DNA of 63,383 bases, filler included, from Reticulomyxa filosa (Eukaryota; Protista; Foraminifera), in assembly GCA_000512085.1 (NCBI GenBank). It is 20 parts of 20 records of this genome, joined end to end, with 100 filler letters (N's around TTAATTAATTAA, not from the genome) between each part and the next. Parts side by side here need not be neighbours in the genome. Positions count along the whole stretch, not along the records: positions 27,215 to 32,102 come from ASPP01008857.1; positions 32,203 to 34,208 come from ASPP01042038.1; positions 34,309 to 35,368 come from ASPP01046586.1; positions 35,469 to 37,284 come from ASPP01014047.1; positions 37,385 to 41,113 come from ASPP01043356.1; 15 more parts are not named here. The stretch is one strand, 5' to 3'. A program made the position numbers and the translations under genes. This document shows positions 27,234-38,680 of this stretch, piece by piece. Position 1 is the stretch's first letter. Each line of letters begins with the position of its first letter. The notes beneath the pieces are model-generated. The model saw nothing but the letters and a program-made list of their open reading frames with translations, was not told the origin of the DNA and did not search any database.

Positions 27234-28788
27234 AGAAAACCCCGCTGCTTCGAGACGCTTTTGAGACCTAAGCCCAGAAATATCAGTTTGGTGACATGTT
27301 TTTTGTTTTGATTTGTTTTGCTGAGTACTCAAAAAGTTTTTTTTTGTCAATCATTACTAAAGCATGGGAAGATAATCTAACGAGTGCGAAATCATTGAAC
27401 CGAAGAAGAGTCGTGTTGTTACTAGGCGTCAGTTTTGTAATTGAAGGGCAACTTACAAAGATATTTTGATAAAGTGACAATACAAATGATATCATACACA
27501 CACACACACACACTCACACAAAAGAGGAAAACATAAGTATGTGTTCTATCGATCCGTTGCAGCTTTTCATGGTGTATTTACATTTGACGATGGATCTAAA
27601 GTAAGAGAACGACAAAAAATTCGTAAATTTCTAATTAACACAGTAGCCGCAGACATTTTTCAGCGTATTGCTGTTGATCCCAAGGTAGAAGGAGTGTCTT
27701 CTATGGATCACCATATGTATTGAAAAAACAACAAAAAGACATTAGTAATATGAGCAATAAAAATTACATACAAAAACTGGAGGAAGGAAGGTTTTGCTGT
27801 TTTTGTTTTGTTTGTTTTTTTTTGGTTAATTTTTGCATAGAAAAATCATTTCTCAAAACATCATCGCTTAATCATGGATGTATATGAAGGACACCTGGAT
27901 GTTGGATGGAAAGTCGGCCCAGAAACTGCAGCTAAGAACCGTATACGACTACCGAATCCAAAAAAATATTCGAATGAAGTGGCACACGCGTTGGGAGAGA
28001 TATGGGAACTTGAGCAAGTTAAAAACTTATGGAAAGAAAGGTATTCCACATTGCCTGGGTATAGTCCGTACATAGGATATTACTTAGATAGTATCCAACA
28101 AATTGGTCGAGAGGATTATATGCCTGAGGAAGCAGATCTAATTCGGTCTCCTCTAGATAATCCAAATACCATTGAAGAGTGTAACTTTTTCATACTTAGC
28201 AATGCTTACAAATTTGTTGATGTAAATGCTAACGATGTGGCCGCAGTTTTTAAAGACTTGCTTCATCAGAAAAACCCTTCCGCATTATTATTCGTCGTCT
28301 CTTTAGGATCTTACTGTGAAGAGGTGGCGATCAACGAACCCGAGCCCATAGCCAAATCTCATTCCCGACAAGACAGCACTTATGATCCCAATGTCATGCG
28401 TCGATCCATCAATTTGTTTTATCAAATCTTGACAATGTGCATTCATGAAAAACCTAAATGCATCCTGTTATTGACTGAAAAGAGGCTATTGAAAGAACGG
28501 ATTGTTGACCAAAACATTCCATTTGATCAATACTTTGGAAAACGTCGTTGGGGAAATCCTGACTTAAAATGCAAACCATTTGCGGGAAAAAAAACGGACG
28601 ATAAGAAACCATTGACTAATGACAAGTATATTGATCGCATTGTGCGTTTTATCATAGCACAATTCGAGAACGAAATCAATCATTACGGTTTTCCAAAACT
28701 GTCTGTTATTGTCGAGGATAATGATTGTACAGATCCAGGACAAATCAAAAAAATTTGTCTTCAAATCAATCAAGCTTTAAATTTGTAG
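27234..28788 (+). CDS. Heterotrimeric G-protein alpha-fold protein with degenerate GTPase motifs (pseudo-G-alpha)
   Basis: Long intact last exon co-linear with G-alpha: YYLDSIQQIGREDYMPEEADLIR, YKFVDV, ALLFVVSLGSY, NVMRRSINLF, ILLLTEKRLLKERI, FIIAQF, DCTDPGQIKKI. Upstream exon has RVVLLLG. 5' exon boundaries uncertain. Confidence 0.8.
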
Positions 28789-29162
28789 TATATCGTTTTG
28801 TACAGTCGGTTTTATTTTTTAGCTTATCTTACTACCATTTTTTTTTTCAATTCAGTAAAGACGCAAAACAATTTTGCGAAAAGCATTAATTGGTCTTTTT
28901 TAGTAAGGTTGGCATTGTTGACATAAATCGTATTTTTTAAAAAATAAGGCCAAATGAAAGGGGAATAACAATCAATATATTTCTTATCATTGTACTTGTT
29001 ATAAACGCACAAAAGAATCAATTGATGATTATAAAATCTTCTCCAAACGAGAAGCGAAAAAGATAAAGAAAAATTATTATTCTTATTTTATGAAATATGA
29101 AAATAGTCCAAATCTAAGGAAAGGGGAGGAGGGGAAAAAATAAAGGATACGAAAAAGATGGG

Positions 29163-30581
29163 CTAATTCGAATAGACTCGCATCAGCAAAGTACTGCATG
29201 CAGTTTTAATACCAGACCTGAAGAAATAGAGGGCATATTCTTCGTTACTTTGCAGGTCCTCCAAAGTTTTTCCCTTTATGTCAGGTAAAAGTTGCCTTCT
29301 TCTTCTTCGATAATTTGCACAAAAATGTTTAATTTCTTGCAAATTCCAAAAACCTTCAAGCATTTCTAACAAGGAATGCTTCATTTGGAGCATATGAAAC
29401 TGCACAGTATTACGTATTTCATTCGATTCTATACTGTCCAGAAAAAAGCTTTTCCAATCGTTGGTCAAATGTACTTTGCTGCTCTTATTACCACAAAACA
29501 CATGATTGATAGCCAGTTCACTTCCATACAGCGAACTGACTCCTTGATGCCAATCAGGCCAATTGCAATGATGGCCATGTGCCAACACTTCTTTGGCGCA
29601 CACAGTTTCGGTAAATTCGTTTTGATGAACATATTCAGTAAAGTTTAAAGCCCAGTGAACCAACTCCAAAAATTTGTTTCTGTGGACGTACCAAGTACTT
29701 TGCATCCCATGCACATTGCACGTCCTTGTATGCAGTTTGTGTTTGGCAATGTACTCCAATCTTTCATGTGTGAACGTCGAACCCATGTAGCCATTCCCAA
29801 ACGCGTATTGATGAGGGGGCGTCCACAACAATGCATTTGGAGTGATCACTGCATCCATATCTGTTCGGATGATATAATCATAAAAAGGAAGGATGTCAAT
29901 CATCGGCTTTTCCTGCAAAAATTGCAAACTGGTTAAAAAACGATAGTGATATCGCATACTACGATGCACGTAGTCGCTGTCCAATTCATGCCAAAAGCAA
30001 TACGTTTGCATTCCACTTGTGTAATCGCTATGATTTGCATGTGACATCAAAAAACTTTTAGACAATGGCACACGGCATTCTGTTAATCCTTGCACAGTGC
30101 TGCAAGCCGCTTTTTCGCAAAAAACTATCAGATCCAATAGTACACGCACACCCTTATCGGGCACACCGACCAACGGGTGATTTGAAAGAGGCTGCGTTTG
30201 TGGCAATGTCAACAAAGATGTCACGTATTTCCATGACGCGTGCATCATCACAATAAACTCATTCAGATCTCTATTACGCTCAGACAACTCTACTGCTATC
30301 ATTGTTCGGTATGTTTTCAGTTCTTGTTTTTTTGCATTCAATCGGATGTATGAATTGCTTGAGATAGTAGAATTTGATATTTCAACTGCCAACTTCTCAT
30401 AATATGTTGAAAACACGACATGGGCCAATACATGAACAAACACTGTCAGACTAATTGCGATTGCAACAACGAGTAGCCGAAACAGAGGGTTTCTTGATAT
30501 TGAATTTGTTTCAATCAAATTGTTTTGAGATTTTGATTGATTACGTTGAGATCCGAACAGAGACTTCAACTCTTCATTCAT
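29163..30581 (-). CDS. Intronless type II membrane protein, putative GT-A fold glycosyltransferase-like
   Basis: 472-codon ORF from MNEELKSLF, one N-terminal TM helix (LLVVAIAISLTVFVHVLAHVVF), and hhhRTDxD motif YDYIIRTDMDAVITP. Confidence 0.65.
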   Translation of the reverse strand: MNEELKSLFGSQRNQSKSQNNLIETNSISRNPLFRLLVVAIAISLTVFVHVLAHVVFSTYYEKLAVEISNSTISSNSYIRLNAKKQELKTYRTMIAVELSERNRDLNEFIVMMHASWKYVTSLLTLPQTQPLSNHPLVGVPDKGVRVLLDLIVFCEKAACSTVQGLTECRVPLSKSFLMSHANHSDYTSGMQTYCFWHELDSDYVHRSMRYHYRFLTSLQFLQEKPMIDILPFYDYIIRTDMDAVITPNALLWTPPHQYAFGNGYMGSTFTHERLEYIAKHKLHTRTCNVHGMQSTWYVHRNKFLELVHWALNFTEYVHQNEFTETVCAKEVLAHGHHCNWPDWHQGVSSLYGSELAINHVFCGNKSSKVHLTNDWKSFFLDSIESNEIRNTVQFHMLQMKHSLLEMLEGFWNLQEIKHFCANYRRRRRQLLPDIKGKTLEDLQSNEEYALYFFRSGIKTACSTLLMRVYSN

Positions 30582-31189
30582 TTCGTTTGTTTTGGAGGGG
30601 CAAAAATTTTTTTCTTCGTTGTGCACACAAATCGAAAAATACACCACAAAAAAAATCATCTCCTTCACAAGAATTTTTAAAATCAAAAAAATTATACTCA
30701 TCTATGATCATTAACAAGCTGATCGAAACTTGTCTTCTGGCTGGCTGGGAGTAATTTATATTTATTGTTGAAACAAGGATACATCGTCAGATAAACTTAG
30801 AGCAATGTGTTCATTTCGCAGAGAATATGAAAGCATTGCTTATTTTGATATAGAAAATTCTCTGTCAGTTTTTTTAGTTTTTGTGTGACAGTAACAAAAT
30901 AATTCAAATTTTGTTTCTTTCTGATTGTCGTATTAACTTGCACGTAATACTATAAAATTTCAAAAAATCCATAATTTTGTTAAAATTAATAATTGCTTCC
31001 TTTTTGAAATTATTTAATATATCGTGACGTTCTGTTAAATAAGTGGATTATATTTGTTGATTTCATTATAAAGATACGAAAGATTGATTAAATATATTTT
31101 TCTGTTTTTTATATATGATTCGGCAGTAATTAATTTAATCCAATTTTCTTAGGGCAATTGTTCATTTTACTTAATAAATTGTATATGCA

Positions 31190-32102
31190 AGTAGTGAGAA
31201 CAAGTACCAACTCCTGACATGCTTTATTGCGACTCGTCCAAAAATACAGAAAGAACAAGAACGGACAAGGTTACCCAGATCTTTCCTTGTTTTTATTATA
31301 AAAAGCATTATTATTAAAGGCGCCTCATATGACGACGCCTCCACGGAATAGAAAACAAGTAGAAAAAGACTTGGATTCTATTGATACTGACAAAGAGAAT
31401 GATGAGGACATAGTTAAGAAGACACGTTCGCACGTAAAATATCCGCTTTGAAACTGCAAAATCCACTTTCCCCGATTGTGTCGGTGAAAACGTAATAAGG
31501 GAATTGTGTGTGCAAACAGGCAAGTACATCCAGTATGCAGGCAGAAAAACCTCAAGAGCAAGCAAAAGAGCCAAAAAAATCGAAAAAACGACTTGTAAAC
31601 GAAGAGCCAAAAGAAGGCTCTGATCTTCCAGAAAACGAAAATATTCAAATTAAACAAGATGGTTCACAAATGGAGCTTCTAGCCTATGAATAGGTTTTTT
31701 TTTTTTTTTTTTTTTTTAATATGTATATAAAATATGTATGAATATATGATGTATATTTAGTGCATCGAAACATAAGCAAGCAAAAAATAAAAAAAACCAA
31801 AACAATAACAAAAATAAAAGGGCAATCAAAAAAAGAAAAGAAAGAAAAAGAAAACGAGATAAAAAAATTGCAAGAGCAGTTGTCATCGGAGAAGACGGCG
31901 CATTACAATGAAGTGGTAGAATTGCAAAAAAAAGTGGAAAGAATGAGCGAAGAAAAAAGTGAGCAAGAAGCAAAACAACAAGACGTGACACGCGAAATGC
32001 AGCAACTCAAGAAAAAACTATCATCAAGTCCGGACAACAGTGCAACACTTGTTGACGCTCAACTCCAACAGCAAACGTTATCTGACAGCTTTAAAACGCG
32101 GG
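31190..32102 (+). CDS. Hypothetical coiled-coil protein, spliced, partial
   Basis: E/K/Q-rich exon-like segments (KENEIKKLQEQLSSEKTAHYNEVVELQKKVERM) separated by T/A-rich introns. Confidence 0.45.
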
Positions 32103-33649
32103 NNNNNNNNNNNNNNNNNNNNNNNNNNNNNNNNNNNNNNNNNNNNTTAATTAATTAANNNNNNNNNNNNNNNNNNNNNNNNNNNNNNNNNNNNNNNNNN
32201 NNTCTGACATTTTTCTTTGAAAAAGAAAAGGGAGATTTTTGTTGTTATCCTTAAGTACTGATAACAAAACAGTTTGCTAACATTTCTGAATTTGGAAAAT
32301 TTTAAATTGCTCAGGTCAATAGAACTTAATTTTATATGTTTTTCGACTGATTTGCATACATAAATGAAATAAAATCACTGCATTGAATTTCCAACAGATT
32401 TATGTTGTTCTAAGTTGGTACAATGAGATTGTATGACATTTTTGATTTTTTAAAAAAATCGATACTAAGACGGAACACATTTGTTGGTTGTCACTTACAA
32501 ATAGATGGACTTGCGTCCAAAGAAGATTTGATAATCAATTCTTTGGTCACAACAAAAGAAGACGATATCATTGTATGCGAGCCTTTAATTAAATTTTTTT
32601 TTATTCGATTGCAAGTAATTGATACTTGCCTCAAATTTTTTGATTTTTTTAAAATTTACCTGATAATCTTTTATTAAATTATGTGTATCATAAAAAATTT
32701 CTCAAAGAAAGTAGAGAATATGCAAATGGACTGATTTTGCAAGAAAAAAAACAATAAGTGCTCAAAAGAGGCACGCATAAGACTGTGCAAAATTAGGAAT
32801 TGATTCTTGCCACTATCCCTGGTAAAAAAGACATCGACTAGTATCTTCTTGTCATCACGTAGGAGTAGATAACAAGAAGAATAACGTATAACAGAAAGGA
32901 TAAGATATTTTAAACAAGATACTAAATATTGTATTAATCTGTATCATAAGCAGATCACATTCAAATGTAGGCATCAAACAATAAAGTCATAATCTCAAAC
33001 ACTTGGATTGCAAATGTTTTTGTGTCACAATTGATGGAGCAACTCATCGACTTTTTCAAAGGCTTTAACGCATGTGCTGCGATGATGATTGACTATCAAG
33101 GGGTGAATGAGGACCCAACAATTTTATTTTCGTTAAGAAAATCCCTTCTTGGTGCCATATGATATATATTTTTTTGTTTTCGGGACCAAGTCGCGCATTC
33201 CTCCTTTGATTTTGATGCCAATTTTATTTTTGGACTTTAGGGCTCCTCCGAAATCTTTTTCCCGTGACTTTGTGGACAGGGATAAACTAGCCATATCCTT
33301 CACGTTACTGTTGTGTCCATTTGGATATCACATAATGTTGATCTTCAAAGTGCGTGCCCAAATTGGTCACGTCAAAGTTTTCAAAGACTATACATCCTTG
33401 CTTCAAAATATGGTTCAAATATTTCTCGTCTCAAAGCTGACCGAACCCCCCCTCACAAACACAACCTTGTACAATATATCACCCGTGTCGAGAATGACGG
33501 TGCAGCTTTTTCTCAAAGACTTTTTTGCAGACTGATGATTTGCTCATGTCGCTGTAGTTCAATTTGTGATTGCTTCAAGCAGGTTGGTATATTATTAATG
33601 ATTTCGACAATTTCAGAGAGCTTTGCAAAATATGTGCGATTGTCAGTGG

Positions 33650-34131
33650 CGGTAAAAAGACCATGAGTCCATTTCGATACCAATCATTTCAGGACTCGTC
33701 GCTCACAGGGCCAATATATTTTATCTTACCAATCCGTCCTTGCATCAATCTCACATGATCGTCAACTTTTAGATGCTTCAGCAATTCTTGTTACAATGGT
33801 GTTTGATATTTGCCCAAGTTTTGCTTCACGCCGGCCAGTTTGATTGGTTTGGGTTTTTTCTCTTTCTTTGGTGATATTGCTGCTACTTCCGATCAATGTC
33901 ACAATAAGAATGTCCTTACCAGTTTGCTGAGTAATCCCTTCTTCACCCGAATGCAACAAAACGTGAGATCCTTCCCCTCTTCCTCATCCTCTTGCTTTTT
34001 CTTCGTCATTCAACACGAGTCCGACCCATGTCTCTTAGGCAAACTCCGTGGTAAAATACTTTTTGCCATTCACATTCCCATCATCTCCAATGCTATTGAT
34101 TCCATTTTGTGAAATAAATCGAACCGTTCCT
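33650..34131 (-). pseudogene. Multi-CAP-Gly domain gene remnant
   Basis: GTVRFISQ...GDDGNVNGKKYFTT* and LKVDDHVRLMQGRIGKIKYIGPV...EMIGIEMDSW: two CAP-Gly-like repeats with stops and frameshifts. Confidence 0.68.
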
Positions 34132-35468
34132 TTCACACATACATACGTATACATACACATACATATATATATATGTATTAAAGGTATTATATGTGTACAT
34201 ATTTTTTTNNNNNNNNNNNNNNNNNNNNNNNNNNNNNNNNNNNNNNNNNNNNTTAATTAATTAANNNNNNNNNNNNNNNNNNNNNNNNNNNNNNNNNNNN
34301 NNNNNNNNTTTTAATGTATCGTCTTTTTTTAAAAAATATATTTGTACAATGGCTTATGTCCATAATTCCAATATTAAAAACATCCCAATTACACTTATAT
34401 CACTTTCAATACTATTTTTGTGCGTTTCTATTTTTTTTGCAACGCTAAAATGAGTGTTTTTTTTAATTATAGGTGGCAAGGAAAAACGAAAGTAGGTGGT
34501 CGCGCGTGAAAAAATAAAAAGAAGAAGATGGACGCAGTACAAGAGATGAGATTGTCGCCAATGGGTATCTGTGTAGAGAATATTATAGCTGTCCCGGAGC
34601 AACACGTATTGATTACAAGGTTTTACATTTCATTTTAATTCAAAGAAACTTAAAAAAACAAAACAAAAGGTTGTTATCAAAATAAATTTGTTTGAGATAC
34701 AGACTTGGAGACGAAGTAAGTGTATTTAGTATATTGTCCAGCCGATGCATATCCAGAAGAAACCTTGTGTCTCCATTGAGGAAATAACACGGCTGATCTG
34801 TCATACAATACAGTAGAGTCTCGATATTATGAAAATCCACCCGGTGCAAAGAAGACAATACATCAAAAGCCTTGTGGATGGAAAGAAGCGTGCAATACAT
34901 GGGGTTTAATAACTATAGTGCATCAATCATTTGCCTGTAATCCAAGTGGTTCTCCATTGTCGTCCCATCTTTTTGCCGACATCAACGCTGATGCAAATTG
35001 CATGGAGGTGATCACGGTTATCATTGACGTGTACAGAAAACCAATTGATGCGTCATTGTTTGATGTTTCGCCTGTGGATACTGTTCTTTAAATTTTATAA
35101 TAACTCCAATTTACTGAAACCCTTTCAAGCATTCTACCATTTCAATTCCATTGTACTCGCATACACTTTGAAGTGAAATGTGATTGTGACTTTGCCAGAC
35201 GTTCATTTGTGGCTGTGTGTAAGGGTAGCCAAATTGAGATGTCGTTCCAACTGTGAGTTGGAAAATAAAAACTATCTCATGTAAAAAAAATATTGGGCAA
35301 TATTAAAGACTTCAGGAGCCTTTGCAGTTGTTTCTCTGTAATAACGTCATAACCAAAATCTAAAAAAANNNNNNNNNNNNNNNNNNNNNNNNNNNNNNNN
35401 NNNNNNNNNNNNTTAATTAATTAANNNNNNNNNNNNNNNNNNNNNNNNNNNNNNNNNNNNNNNNNNNN

Positions 35469-35756
35469 CGCGAAAAGGACAAGCTTCTGGTGGCCATGGC
35501 CGCCATCGTGGCGCGCCGTCGCCTGGAGCGCGGCGTGAAGCTCAACTACCCCGAGGCCGTGGCGCTGATCACCGATTTCGTCGTCGAGGGCGCGCGCGAC
35601 GGGCGCTCCGTGGCCGACCTGATGCGCGACGGCGCGCACGTGATCTCACGGGCCCAGGTCATGGATGGCATTGCCGACATGCTGGCCGAGATCCAGGTCG
35701 AGGCGACCTTTCCCGACGGCACCAAGCTCGTCACCGTCCACGCGCCGATTCGCTGA
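35469..35756 (+). CDS. ureA: Bacterial urease gamma subunit, 5'-partial
   Basis: [30 protein letters not shown]...[22 protein letters not shown]; GC-rich codon usage. Confidence 0.97.
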   Translation, partial: REKDKLLVAMAAIVARRRLERGVKLNYPEAVALITDFVVEGARDGRSVADLMRDGAHVISRAQVMDGIADMLAEIQVEATFPDGTKLVTVHAPIR

Positions 35757-35760
35757 GGAG
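35755..35760 (+). promoter_or_regulatory. Shine-Dalgarno site for the fused urease ORF
   Basis: GAGGAG overlapping the ureA stop, 7 nt before the ATG at 35768. Confidence 0.8.
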
Positions 35761-35767
35761 AGACGCC

Positions 35768-36238
35768 ATGATCCCAGGTGAAATCTTCCCCAGCGCCGGC
35801 GAACTCGAGCTCAACAAGGGGCGCAACCCGATCACCATCGAGGTCGCCAACACCGGCGACCGCCCCATCCAGGTCGGCAGCCACTATCATTTCTTCGAGA
35901 CCAACGACGCGCTGAAGTTCGACCGCAAGCGCGCGAAGGGCATGCGGCTCGACATCGCCGCCGGCACCGCCGTGCGCTTCGAGCCCGGGCAATCGCGCAC
36001 CGTGCGGCTCACGCCCTACCTGGGCGGCCGCGAGAGCCACGGCTTCCAGGGCAAGGTGAGCGGCAAGCTGGGACCCGTCGCCAAGGTCGGCCCGTCCAAC
36101 GAAGGGCCGACCCGCATCTCGCGCTCGGCCTATGTCCACATGTTCGGTCCGACCGTCGGCGACAAGGTGCGGCTGGCCGACACCGAGCTCTTCATCGAGG
36201 TCGAGAAGGACCATACGATCTACGGCGAGGAAGTGAAG

Positions 36239-36277
<39 letters not shown>

Positions 36278-36412
36278 AGCCAGCGCACGCGCGCGCAGGG
36301 CGCCGTCGACACGGTCATCACCAATGCCCTGATCGTCGATCACTGGGGCATCGTGAAGGCCGATATCGGCCTCAAGGGCGGGGTGATCGTCGCCATCGGC
36401 AAGGCCGGCAAT

Positions 36413-36447
<35 letters not shown>

Positions 36448-36670
36448 GCCCGGCACCGAAGCGATCGCCGCCGAGGGCAAGATCATCACCGCGGGCGGCA
36501 TCGACTGCCACATCCACTTCATCTGCCCGCAGCAGATCGACGACGCGCTCTACAGCGGCGTCACGACCATGCTGGGCGGCGGCACCGGCCCGGCCCACGG
36601 CACGCTCGCCACGACGGTCACGCCGGGACCGTGGCACATGGGCCGCATGTTGCAGGCCGCCGAAGGCCTG

Positions 36671-36702
<32 letters not shown>

Positions 36703-37284
36703 TACCAGCAAGCCCGCCGGCCTCAAGGAGCAGATCGAGGGCGGCGCCTGTGGTCTCAAGCTGCACGAGGACTGGGGCACCACACCGGCCGCCATCGACA
36801 ATTGCCTGAGCGTCGCCGATCGCTACGACGTGCAGGTGGCGATCCACACCGACACGCTGAACGAATCGGGCTTCGTCGAGACGACGCGCGCCGCCTTCAA
36901 GGGCCGCACGATCGCGACCTTCCATACCGAAGGCGCGGGCGGCGGCCATGCGCCCGACATCATCCGGCTCGCCGGCGAGAAGAACGTCCTGCCCAGCTCG
37001 ACCAATCCGACGATGCCCTACACGGTGAACACCGTGGACGAGCATCTCGACATGCTGATGGTCTGCCATCATCTCGATGCCGCCATCCCCGAGGACGTGG
37101 CCTTCGCCGAAAGCCGCATCCGCAAGGAGACCATCGCGGCGGAGGACATCCTCCACGATATCGGCGCCTTCTCGATGATGTCGTCCGACAGCCAGGCAAT
37201 GGGCCGAGTCGGCGAGGTCGTGATCCGGACCTGGCAGACTGCCGACAAGATGAAGAAGCAGCGTGGCCGCCTGAAAGAGGAAAA
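35768..37284 (+). CDS. ureC: Fused urease beta+alpha chain (UreB-UreC), 3'-partial
   Basis: Residues 1-101 are beta (MIPGE...[15 protein letters not shown]...GTAVRFEPG). After a 12-aa linker comes alpha ([73 protein letters not shown]). No internal stop. Confidence 0.96.
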
Positions 37285-37689
37285 NNNNNNNNNNNNNNNN
37301 NNNNNNNNNNNNNNNNNNNNNNNNNNNNTTAATTAATTAANNNNNNNNNNNNNNNNNNNNNNNNNNNNNNNNNNNNNNNNNNNNCAAAGCACTTTTGTTA
37401 CTAACTCAAAGCAGTCCAAGAATAGTTTGCTCACAAAAACATCAAATATGTTCAGATCCACTTCTAGTATAATACTGACAACACACAAATTGAAATTCAA
37501 ATCGGCAACATTCAGGTATATAACAGGGATAGAAAGACTAAATGAAAAAAAAAATGTTCATGAGAAAAAAAAAAGGGGAGGTTTACGTATATCACAAGAA
37601 AGTAAGCGGTGAGGATGTATTGTGTATATTATGGATTTTATTTAGAAAGAATTTTAAAAACAAAAAAAAAAAAATAGTATATTGAGAAA

Positions 37690-38680
37690 TGACAAAGTGG
37701 AGGTAATGATAAGCACTCCACCATCGAATACAGCGTGTAACAGTCAGAAGCGAGTATGGATTGGAAACGTTGTCTGTGATCAATTGTTTCGATTACAGCG
37801 ACAAACAAGAATGCAGCTACCAATACTATCTAGCAAATTTGTTTTACATCTCGCTGTCCAATCCAAACGTCCCAATTCAAACTTGAGCAAAATCCAACTT
37901 CACGTCCAAAGCATATTGTCAAAGTTTGCCTGCTGCAATGTTAAATTCTTTTTTTTTTTACTTATTTTTTTTTATTTAAGAATAAACAAACAAACAAAAA
38001 AAATTAGATTATGCGACTACGCAGTGCCTTGATGAATGGAAAATAGAAAAACGACGCAGATTGGAAGCATTGTCCAACCAGCTGCAATTGCTGGGACAAA
38101 ATGTGCTTGCAAGTCTGTCGTTTTCTTTCCATGGTCCAAACCATGCCTTTAGTGATAGAAGCGCTGTTAGCGCAAATGAGGAGATTGGGCGACAACGCAT
38201 CCGACGAACAAGTTGGTCGTGGTGCCCATCCTCGTTTATGCAAATTAGCGCCATATCAACAAAGGTGTGATCTCATATTGCACTTAGCCTCAACGCAAGA
38301 TTGCACAATGGACGGACTCGCATTGCAAAATTATCTAATCAACACATTGCTCCAACTCAAATCCAAATATTTACATCCAACCGCGCAATTATTCGCGGGT
38401 ACAATGACTTTGATATCAATCACATTGACAATCAATCAAACTTCGACGATATCATGGATTATGCCAAGTTATTTTTGTTTTGTTTTTTTTGCTGTCGAAT
38501 AATACGCATTATTTTTTTTGTTTGTTACTTGTGTACAGAAAATACTTATGGAGTTCGGTAATGGCAAACAATGTGGAGCAAGTTGTTGTCGGAATTGGAT
38601 GACCTCAGTATGATGGACAATATAACCACTTACTATTTTGCGATATGTGCATTGCAATTGTAAAACACCAAGAGAAGGTA
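37690..38680 (+). pseudogene. Decayed intron-containing gene of unknown family
   Basis: Coding-like, higher-GC blocks separated by AT-rich introns. The best frame switches repeatedly and contains stops. Confidence 0.35.

Noticed and set aside
35546-37156. 536-aa minus-strand ORF and other overlapping ORFs on the urease contig
   Set aside because: Antisense and alternative-frame shadows expected from high-GC3 coding DNA; no recognisable motifs.
35469-37284. Horizontal transfer of urease into the host genome
   Set aside because: No junction with host-type DNA, no introns and no compositional amelioration; adjacency is a concatenation artefact.
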